A stretch of 64,000 nt of DNA from Tubiluchus corallicola (Eukaryota; Animalia; Priapulida): positions 744,001-808,000 of the forward strand of contig JAQGDQ010000049.1 of the NCBI GenBank assembly GCA_030141605.1, written 5' to 3'. Position 1 is the first letter of the stretch; each line of letters starts with the position of its first letter. The notes under the pieces were generated by a model, which saw only the letters and a program-made list of their open reading frames with translations, was not told the DNA's origin and did no database searches. Positions 32,288 through 43,405 of this stretch are shown here, piece after piece. The position numbers and the translations under genes were made by a program.

Positions 32288-35200
32288 CATCTATACAAAC
32301 ACATTATGTATTATCAAAACAAAGTTTTAACAGTAAAGTTTAACTACTTAAAAGCTGCTACAAATTTGCAAAAAAAAAGAGGTCTTAAACCTTAATTCAC
32401 TTCTAAGAACACACAACTCATTATATCTGCTGGAATACATGTTACCATACATATGTGGCAAACAGAATTGAATATAACGAATTAGTTAGTACAGTAATGA
32501 TTGATTAGTGTATTACAATATATTGCGAGGGCACGTAACAAAACTATGAAAAGGCTTATTGTCATCGAGTTAAAAAATAGAAACTTACATTTTTGCTAGG
32601 CTTACGTCCCTTTCTAGTAGACAAAGTTTCGGTGGTTTTGGAACAACAGGAATATCAACTTCAAACTTTGGTACTCTGGTCAATGTACCACCCTAAAAGA
32701 AAGAGTTTTATACATCTGCACCAAAACTGCATGCACTTAGAAAAACAAAGAATCACATAATAAGTTAAGACAACTTACTACAACATTCCCTTGAACACAA
32801 GAAGTAATACAAATGTCCCTGAATTTCACAGCTTCGCTATCACAGCAGTTAATTGAGAAGTATGACACATAGTAACTTTTTCATTCTATTGCTACTGAAA
32901 ATCAAATACACAATATTACAAGCTCATATCTATTTTAAAAACAATAGCTGCTGAAAGAGACAAAGTAAAATTTATTAAAATTTTGAATTGAAATGAGACT
33001 GCCATATCTATGTAAATGCAGCCATGTGTCACTACATGGCAGGACCTTTGACAAAATAAAAACTGTACATATCAGCATGAAATTATGGGGGTAGTAGCCT
33101 CAAGGAACCAATTTCATTGCTTGCTGATAAAAATCCTTACAAAAAAGTTTCCCCAACAGTCACTTTGCAGTTTAAACAAAATTTTAAAATTTGGGTAGAA
33201 CTACATCAACAGCAGTACAGTGTATCATGTCATTCACATACTTCAAGAAAATATTCTGTCAAATTTGTCAATTATGAAGCCTAAGCCTAGTCTTGATGCT
33301 TTCAGAAGAAACCTCAGAAATCACGAATCCTGTATTTTGTATTTTTCTTGTATTTGTTGTTACACACAAACCAATAAAAAGAGCAAGGAACTTTTAGCCA
33401 GAATACTTTGTTTAAGTTTAAGTACTAAATTCGTTCACAAAAAAGTTTGATTTTAATTCTCGTGACGCACAAATTTCTTCATTGCAACAACTCCGGGATT
33501 AAATATTCTCATCCAAGTACGTGCAAAAAAATATGCAAGCAAAATGACTGGAAGTATTTTTAATCAAGTAGTTTATAATCTGTTCTCTGTGATGAAAAAA
33601 TAAAACTGACCTTTATAAAGAACGGCACTATGACATTTCCTACAGTGCTAGTCGACAGAAGTAAAGCTGAAGTCTCAGGTAGGTAAACGTACCAATTCAC
33701 ATTGGTGTTGTAGGTTTTTAACACTTTCAATGTACGTTTTTCGGGGAATACCTAAAGAAAGCATATAAGCATTTATTGGAATATTAATCCTTTCAATGCA
33801 AAGAAGATAAAAATAGAAATAATTTGATCAAGACTGAGAACTAAACTGATGACTAACGAGTTGCCTGCACAAGGTGAGATTTTGACTGATGAACTGCTGT
33901 TTGGCTAAAATAGTGGCTGAACTATTCTATTGTGACAGAATCAACGTAAAAAAATCTCACTCTATAGCAATTACTAAAGCCGCGGTCTCCACAAATTGTT
34001 CGATAATGCATATAAGTGTTGCCATCAGCTTAGTTCCCGAGCACAAAACTAGCGGTGAATACGGTTTTAAAATTTAGCCTTACAATAAGAAATAGACTTA
34101 TCACTGATGCATCGTGATATCTTTCATTACGATATGTGTATCGCCACAGTGCGCTTGTATCATAATAATCTGAATCAGCAATATTCAGCAAATTAGCATG
34201 TGCTTGACTGTATGCCGATTTACAAAAACGATGTGAAGTAATTAAAATTGTAACTGTACAGTGTACTATAGAAACGTATCAATCAGTGCATATCATATAT
34301 ACGTCAATCAATAGGTTTAGGATTGCTAAATGCTAAAATGCTATATATATGTGTATATGTCATACATTTCAGCTGTATCCTTTTACACATTGTATCATGA
34401 GGTTAGTAATGTGATATGTAACATATCATGCATGACATAGGTGCATCGTTACAGTACTAATAAAATGGATAATTTTTAATAAAATAATTAAATGAAATTG
34501 TTTAACTTATTTGCTAGAGATACGGAGTATGTGTCGATGTTCTTAAAAAGTTTTTCATGAAACCTTTCAGATAAAATTCTAATTTCCAGGGAAACAATTC
34601 TGTGCACAAAAATTCACAATTGAGAGAAGTTGGGGAAAAAATTAATAATAGCAGATTTTTTCAAAAATATCATCATGACAATAAATTGTTTAGCCTTAGC
34701 TTTGCTTGTTTAAAAAATAAAACAAATAAATTCAGTGCACCAAGAAACACAGAATTTCATTTACTAAAACGATGAATATACCTTTATTAAAATGGCTACA
34801 ATCTTCTTACTATAACTTGTACTACTATTTGAACATTTCAAACATAATTTTTCGTTCTAATTTGTATCGAAAAAAGGCAGATTTTTTCGTTATTAAGCTG
34901 TGTTTCTCAAAAAATTGACAATAACATAAAAACCTCTCAGTTTATTCTGCAGTTTTTTGGTAGAAAAAACTTCTCTCTTTATTATTTTTTAGCTTGATTC
35001 TTCGTCACAAACAAGGCTAATTGCGCATATTGAATAATGGAAGTCACTGTGGAATGAACACGCACCTATATACATTCAACAGTGCATTCAATTTAAAGAG
35101 TTTTCTCTCGAGAGATCTCTCTGAAAGTTCTCGCAAAGAATAGAGCAACATTTGGAGACTTTGCATAACTTGCTGAGAAAATTCGCAAAACCATTTATAC

Positions 35201-37986
35201 TTGTTAACCTCTCGGAGTTTTCTATTCTAGGCTAAAGCTTAGATGAAAGTCCATAATCCTCATTGCAACAACTTGTTTTAGCTGTGTGTGTTCACTATTA
35301 CAGACTCGGTTGAATGTCTGAACCCACAAAATGTCATCAAATATATTTTTATGTACATCTGTTCAATTAGCCCATCACAAGACCAGTGATGACATAAATT
35401 AATAACACAACTGATGTAAAACATAAATTACCTAAAAGCCCTCTAAATTACAAGTTTATTGTAAGCTAAAAAAAGTAAATGTGACCTACCTGATACAGTT
35501 CAACACCGTGATCAGTAACAAACACTATTTCATTAATACTAGTCCAGCTGACACCAAGAATTCTTGAGCTTTTTCCCTGCAAGTAATACAATTTTTTAAC
35601 TAAATGTGTTTCTTTATTAAAAAAACTAATTCTGTTTTAAATGACTGAAAGAATATTCATGATTAATGGTAGCAATTAAAAAATTTGATGCTCCTTCAGT
35701 GGTTTCATCACTATTATTATGTCAACTAGTTTGTTAAGCCGGAAACAAAAAAATTTGTTTCTGTCTTACTTCATGAGCTCAAAAGACATTAGTAGGGAGG
35801 GAAGAAAAAAATTTTTTAAGAAAATTCTTTTTACAAAAATTCAGCTTTGTGAATGTTTAAAGCTAAATCCTGGAATATTTAAAATCAGTTGAAATCAAAG
35901 TTTGTTTACTTCCCACTGGCTAGCAATAATGTTTTAAATTTTTTCGATGCACAATTTTTCACGCTTTATTTTTTAGTTTCGCATTACTAAATTAGTGTAT
36001 AATTATCGATTGTTGTACAGTCTTTTTTTGTATCATGAACGTGTACGTTCTGATAATTATGGTATAAGCGGCAACACTACTCGGCCGTTAATACACCGAT
36101 TTGGAAGAAAATTAGATACTTTATAGCCTCCAATACAAATGAGCATCATACAAAAGGGCAACACTGGCCGAGAATTAGCCATGAAAAACACGACAAGGTC
36201 CTGCATAATCAATAGAACAATGTTATAATAATTATTGTATTTTATGTTTTAAATTAAAAAATACACTTTTGTATGACTGCGACAAATATGAACATACAAA
36301 AAAATTATAAAATTCCCGATGGGTGCACTATAAAAAAAATATTACCCGGGCGATTAGACGGAAACAGAAGTATTTTTATTGTTCACCTTATTTCTAGTAC
36401 ATCCGTAATAATAATATACTGAAAGGGACAGTGTGCTATCGATAAGGAAAATATAGAACCTAGCACTGATGCAAAGTACAGAATTACCAAAGATTAGTAA
36501 CCAGTTATGAAATCTAACAAAAAAAGATGGATAATTTTTGATCTGAAAACTTCAACAAGGTAAACTATTTTGTTAATATTTTAATAATTGTTAAAAATGA
36601 AGTCAAAATTTTACTTGAAATTAAATATTAAATAACAAATGAGCATGTATTTATACTTTACAGGCTTGAGAATACTCCATAACATCCATTCCCTCTATAA
36701 AATTAATGAATTCAACAGTTGTGTTCGATCGCTGTATAGCTAAAACTCGCATGTCAGGAGAGAATTTTATTGACTGAATCTTCCCTTTATCTTCCAATCT
36801 GTAAAACAAAAGTAATGTTCTCATCTCAGTGCTTATGACTTTGACACTAACAACCTTGAAATACAGTCTTTGTAATGCCAGCAAAAAATGTTGATAGCTA
36901 TCTAAGGAAATGGACCAAAGCTTTAGGCTGTCCTGTTGGTTCAATAATTTTTAGTGACATCCACTCAAGAAAATACCTTCTACAGATTAAGACAGTTAAC
37001 TTTTTCATTAATAAGAATTAATTTATAGGCCTAATATAAAAAAGTAACTGAATAAAGAAACTTACACTGCAAATTTTAAATATTCATCAAAAGCTTTTAC
37101 CTGAAAGTAATATTTGAACGTTCATTTGTTCCTTTAACAGTAACACCTGTAGTCCCTCCAGATCTAACAGTAAACACCTAGAAAATAAACACTTTAAAAA
37201 GTAATAGTAGCCTGAAACTGAGTGATCTGAACCAGAGACCTTTGAATTGCAAGTGCAACATCATAACCACTAGGCTACAAACCTTTGCTAATTATGAATT
37301 AACCACTTAAAATTTAGATAAAATTGGTTTTGGTGTAACTAAGCTAAATTAGTGATACTGGACTGGTTGGAAAGCTAACAAGAAATGAATTTATTACCAA
37401 CAAATTTATTAATGTTAATTTGTTTCTATGTCTGATAAAAAGCGAAAAGGAAACATAAGATCTGCATTAAGGAAAAAACTAAAGATCAATAATCTAATAT
37501 ATTAAGCATAATGAAGCATGACATAACAACACATTAACACTAACAGTTTTCATACCTTATTTATTTATAAATGAAACACAAATGCATTTACAAAGTAGAA
37601 AAATAGAATATAAGAAACATTTATGCTATTCACCAACAGGAGTGCAGTTAAAATTAAAATGCGGTACTATAAAATGTTATAAACATTACCTGTGAACATG
37701 ACACTTGGTATTTATTTTATTATACTTTATAGTCACTATGATTACACGAGTGATAAGTTCATATTACAGTACTAACTATAATTACATAGTACTATGAATC
37801 AACTTTTTTGGCTACACTTCAATGAAAAAATTGATTAAAAGCTAGGTACTCATAATTTCTATATACCTGCACGTTGGCGCCATCGAAATAAACACTGGTT
37901 AACTTGCTAATTGGTTCAAATCGTATAGGATTTAAACTCAACTCAACATAATGTTGACACTCTAAATATTCATTGGAAGCGGCCAT
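24251..37986 (-). CDS. RMC1: Regulator of MON1-CCZ1 complex (C18orf8/Mic1), about 16 exons
   Basis: Approximate exons: 37867-37986, 37101-37177, 36657-36798, 35490-35576, 33611-33751, 32589-32692, 31950-32039, 30911-31016, 30320-30482, 28779-28833, 28064-28287, 27086-27261, 25990-26163, 25638-25709, 24864-25018, 24251-24330. Motifs VRSGGTTGV, IKFSPD..LAIQRS, GRFAVNIVDNLIIVHHQ, IDQSDMYTHVL, FYQLHQLLQYHVLNDSKPLACLLLSLE.YPPAHQLALDML, ISARKFLE. Confidence 0.95.
28834..30319 (-). other. U12-type (minor spliceosome) GT-AG intron in RMC1
   Basis: 5' splice site T|GTATCCTTT. Branch point TTCCTTGAC (28853-28845) lies about 10 nt from the AG, with no long polypyrimidine tract. Splicing restores ..CEL-Y-SSNWIVFHPNIVIDA. 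Confidence 0.92.
28955..30185. repeat. About 270-bp direct duplication (28955-29226 and 29910-30185) inside the U12 intron
   Basis: Both copies run ccaaacaatgaaaatttg...aatctagaaacctttgtac...aataaattttattcactaatagtaa. Confidence 0.9.
32185..32284. repeat. (TA)n microsatellite
   Basis: Direct read. Confidence 0.95.
37205..37280 (-). mobile_element. Degenerate tRNA-derived SINE head
   Basis: Minus strand tagcctagtggtt (A box) ... ggttcagatc (B-box-like). The cloverleaf is not intact. Confidence 0.5.
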
Positions 37987-39434
37987 CACACAAATAATTT
38001 CTTATGAGAGCAATGCACCACCTCGAATTTAATCGCTGTTCGGCATCAGCTACGACAGAACTAGTCACTAAAAATTAAACGCGTTGTTTCAGACACAAAA
38101 ATACATTAGGACAGTAACCACAAACCAATCAGGCAGGCACAAACAATACTACGAACGCATACAGGAACCTCTGGAACACGTCCTTACTAATACGGTATAA
38201 CACGTTACATGGTTTCAGCCAAAAGCCCAAATTAATTTAAAATTTACTTATGAATATTAAAAACCATACATACAATAAAAGCGTTTTAAAATTTTGATTT
38301 AACTTCATAAAATCAAACAAACTTGCAAAATAACTGTATGAGAACTGAAACGTGATTACAATTACAATTATGGACATATACCCGTAATTTAAACAATAGT
38401 TGGCGAATTAATGCAATAATAATAATACACAAAAAGTTTTTCTTTCAAAGCGATTTATCTTCTATAACTTATGTTCGCACAGAATTTACCTTTACACGAC
38501 TCGCCACCCCACGTATTAATGAAGGCTAAATGTTTGTAATTTGCTATTTCCTTAGAATAAGAATGCAAATAATTTCATATTAGAGAGGATCTTTGTAAAC
38601 GAGGTCATTAAAGTACTTTGTTCTAATGCCATGTAGTATTTATTACGTTGTTTTGGCCATATAAAAGCACCTATAAGGCGCATTACATGCATGGTACACG
38701 TGTTCGCCATTAATAAAAGATTTTCGTAAAAAAAACTATGTAACATGTCATCAAGTATATTATCTGTTGCACTAGGCAGATATTACATTCACTATTGTCA
38801 ATTAATGAGCCATTATCAATATTGCTGCATAACAATTAGTTATTAACACTGTCACAAACAATACAATCTATCAGATATTTTAAATCATCTTCATATAGTC
38901 AAACCATCATCATAGTACTATAATAATGACATATATCAATTGCACAAGGTACTCAATTGCTACTCTGAAAAAAATAGTTTCTTTCAGTATTATCATCTTT
39001 CAAACTTACAGATGTTCTACTAATGTCACTTTGTGTGAAATCCGTCCACTTGGTCAACCTAACTCCCTTGTCTTCTTTGATAACCGAAATAATTAATGGA
39101 AAGCCTTAATAAGTGTCACGAGGCTTCTGGTAATTTTAGAGCATAACCTGCCCAGCTAAATCTTCTGTGTTTATCTTTTCGGGCCATTTTTTTTTACTTG
39201 ACTTTGACATAGGAATGTTTGTTGATTATAACGTGCAAGATATTTTATTTGCAATAATGATCTATGAAAAACATTGTTGAAAAACACCAATCTCCAGCTG
39301 ATTATTTACCTCCATCATGGTCCACAATGCCGAAATGTATGGAAACTCAGACAGATGGAAGATATGTAAGTGTTGAAGTTTACAAGTTCGGCAAAATTCT
39401 TGTTATTGGGGATTTCTAAGTTTCGAGAAAACAG

Positions 39435-39528
39435 CAACAGGAAGTGGTCCTTGATAAGCACTGAAATACGTTTTTGAAGTTTCCCGTCTTGCTTTGCTAC
39501 TTCCTTTTTCTCATGTCAGCTTATCGGG
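39435..39528 (+). promoter_or_regulatory. RPL9 promoter and 5'TOP first exon
   Basis: ETS-type CAGGAAGTG at about 39438, TCT-like cttcctttttctc at about 39500, donor CGG|GTTAGT at about 39528. The RPL9 ATG lies 1 nt after an acceptor. Confidence 0.65.
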
Positions 39529-40280
39529 TTAGTGTGTTTAATTGTTTTCTTTTAAAATCTCCAAGTACGATTTAAATCACTATATATTATAAAACGCTGC
39601 AGGTGTAGGTTGTTTCATTTTTCCTTCTTTATTTGAATGGAAGTTTTTTTGCGTCACCGAAGTAACTTCATCGTACTTACAAAGTTGTTTTAAAAGTGCA
39701 TCCCTCAACATATTATACATCATCCCTGTTTTATTCTTCGTACATTTCTCGTTTTGTCCAAGCTTTCTTGCAGTAAACTTGATTGTCTTCATGACACCAC
39801 TTAAGCAATTGTTGATAAAGTTAGGAATAGGCGCAAAAAAACTTTGGTGTATAATTCAAGGAATGGCTGAAGTCCAGATGTCGAAAAGAATGCAAATGAA
39901 TTGAAAATTTGACATAATCTTCAGTTATCTAGAAAAGAAAAACAGTTATCGAAACCAAGAAAATTATTTACATGATTGAGAGCTAACGTGGTTTCAGGTA
40001 ACAAAAAATTCAGCAAACTAAGTACAAATGATGTAAGTTACATGGTTTGTTGTTTATATTTTTTTGTGTGACACTAGTTGCCACATAAAAATGTCTAGTT
40101 GCTTTGCAAACCTGTGAACTTAAACTTGCTATTTGCTACTGCTATTGAGTTTATTTGAGGGAATTCAAAATACAGAGTGGCCAGTACCATAGAATAATAT
40201 TGACTCTGTTTGTACAATGTATCTCTAAATAACTATAACACAAAATATAAAGTTATTGTGTCGTGTATTTTACTTACAGC

Positions 40281-43183
40281 ATGAAGACCATACAAGCAAA
40301 TCAGATTGTGAAAATCCCTGATAATGGTAAGTAGAAGTGCCAGATGTATTGCATATGAAAATAGCACTTTTTTAGTTTGGTTGCTATGTGTCAATAGGCG
40401 TATTTGTCTGAGTGGCTAACAATCATCTGCTGTCAAAAGTTTATTTGTTTTATCTGTAACTTTTCTGTTGAATAGCTGCCAAAAGTTTTTGTGTCATTTG
40501 TTAGCCAACTTTTTAGCCAATTGTTGTTAACTCCGTTAATGTTTAAATGCTACATGTTAAATATCCCCTCTTTACAGATACACCTAAAGTGCTATGATTT
40601 GCCTGTGAACTATAAGTTCATTACTAATGTAGAATCAAATAATTTGATTGTACATTCTGTATAGTTAAGTGTGTTGTAAGATTTCCGTCATCCACTGCTA
40701 CCTCAGAGCAAAAATCAAATGAAATTTTTTGATAAAACCATTTTGATGGTTTAGCTCAGGGCATTTTGATGTTTCAAAACCCCATGTTTCTGTTGTAACA
40801 TTTGCGTCTAATAAAGAAATGAGTATGTACAACTGGTAAATATACACCAGGGTTGATCATAATGAAAACCCCTATAAGATTTTGTATACTGCAAAACATT
40901 AAAAAATATATATTTTAATGTATATATAAAATGTATACGTGAATATTTAGCTAAACATCGAGCCTGTTTTTTTCGATGTAATTGTTTTCCAGTGACCGTG
41001 TCTGTAAAGTCAAGGAAGGTCACTGTGACCGGTCCACGTGGGACGCTACGGCGTGATTTCAAGCACATCGCTGTTGACATGCGAATGATCAGCAAAAAGC
41101 AGCTGATGGTAGAAAAATGGTTTGGCATCCGAAAAGAGCTAGCTGTAGTACGCACTGTATGCAGTCATATTGAAAATATGATCAAAGGTGTTACTTATGT
41201 AAGTTGTATTAATGTAAAATATGGTTTATGTGCATTGTAGCAGTGCTTTTTTTTCTGTAAGGTCTATGTTGTTGTGTATTACTATTATTGAACAGTTAAT
41301 AATATAGAGTGTATAGCAATTGGATTAATGTTTTATAACGCACGTGGCATCAAACTGCAGTCAAACCTCTTTATACCACCTACTTCAAATTGTAAAAAAG
41401 TTGGCGTAATAGCAAGTTTGGCATTATAACTGAATACAAGTCCAGATATTAAAATTATTTTCACTAATTCTCTAGTCATAGGGTTATCAGTTAACCTGAA
41501 GCAGGTGAGGTTGCACAACAGGGAGTCAATTTTCCAGTAAAGAATTTCACATATAAGAGATCCAATGAGAAACTGGATTTATAAACTGCTTCAGGTTTAG
41601 CATGTAGTGGAGATTAACTACAACTTGGGGCCCCTAGGCTGTGTTGCAGTAACACCCCCGACGAACCCAACTAACCAGTCACAGTAGTGAATAAGAAATG
41701 TTGTGCCATAGGGTTCGTTATTGAGGGATTCTATCATTTTGATATTTTTCATTAAGAAATACTTCTGTAGTTACTGTGCTTCTGTAATTACTGTGTTTTA
41801 GTTTACTCTGAATTTAATTTCAGTGTGCATTTAAATTTTATTTAAAATCATCCACATGATTTTCTAGTACGTATGATGTAAGAGGGTCGATACATACTGA
41901 AGAGTTATGTAGATGATTTTAAAAAATTCCTGCATTTTATTCATTTAAAATTTGAAATGTATTCACATCCTCTCAAGAAAAATAATGTACAAATTCATGC
42001 AATACTATTTCTGGTCCATATTTCATAGTTTATGAAGAGTCACAACTATTTTTCAAGAAACGGTTCTGAACTGTTTGGTATTCATTGAATCTTTCATTTT
42101 CATAATCCTAGTAATTTGTTGGATTACCAAATCTAAAATACCATTTGCTTGCAGGGCTACAAATACAAGATGCGTTCAGTCTATGCTCATTTTCCTATCA
42201 ACATTGCTATCCAGGAGGCTGGATCTTTAGTGGAAATACGAAACTTCTTGGGAGAAAAATTTATCCGTCGAGTTAACATGCCTAAAGGAGTAGTCTGCTC
42301 TAATTCAGCCAAGCAGAAAGATGAGATCTTATTAGAAGGCAATGACATTGAACTAGTGTCTCGAGCAGGCAAGTACACAATCGAAAATACACAGCTCTTA
42401 TTTTTTATAATAGGAAATATGATAGTAATCTTAGTATTGAGACACTCTATTTAAATTATGTGACAGAATTTAAAACACCCAGTTCTCGATACTGTGCCAA
42501 TTAATTGTAAATACTGCATCCCTTCAAAACGTGAATTCAGACATTCTTGTCCCACCAACTGCAGATAAAGTAGGATTGAAATTTTGTATTAAATTTCACT
42601 TTTGCAGCCCAATAAATTCTGACGCGAATATTACATCAACGTTCATCCATGGTTACTCAACTTAGTTCAATTTAGTCAGAAAAAATTAACACCAGGAATG
42701 CGCCAAACAGCAACCATTGATTACTACTAAACACAATGATTTTAGTGTTTCGAGTTTTTTTGAAGCCATTGTTTTAGGTTGCTAGCTCACGATATTAAGT
42801 AGTAATAAAAAGTTGTTGTTTGATGCATCACCAGCGTTTGTTTTGCTGATTAAATCCAGCTTCTCTCCTTCAAAGACAGTTTGAGATTTAGTTCATTAAT
42901 AATTTTAGTTAACTATTACATTTGCTGAAATATTGCCTCCAAAGTTTCAGATTTATCGGGCATTTTCTTGGTACATATATTAATCACGGCAAGTGCTTGG
43001 CAGTTCATTTGCTTCATGTATCTTATATGTTTGCTACTGTATATTGCTCATTCTTGGTTATATTTTTTTATTACAGCTGCATTAATACAGCAGTCTACTA
43101 CTGTAAAAAATAAGGATATTCGAAAGTTTCTTGATGGGATTTACGTGTCAGAAAAGACTACAGTCGAGGAAGCAGCAGAATAA
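40281..43183 (+). CDS. RPL9: 60S ribosomal protein L9 (uL6)
   Basis: Exons 40281-40326, 40993-41198, 42155-42368 and 43077-43183 give [58 protein letters not shown]. The last intron uses a GC donor. Confidence 0.99.
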
Positions 43184-43405
43184 CTGTATTTGTAATGTAA
43201 AAAATAAAATCTAATTGCCCAAATCTTGTTTATTTTTTCATGTTTATTATAAGTATCATAAGTATACTATATTCTACATAAGCAGCAATGTATCACGAAT
43301 TATTTTCAGAAGTTGTACACATGCAGCTATCTGCAAATAATGAATAACAAATGAGAACAGTTTGCTTCTTCAATATTGGGTTCACCGCAATACCATAATT
43401 GCTCA

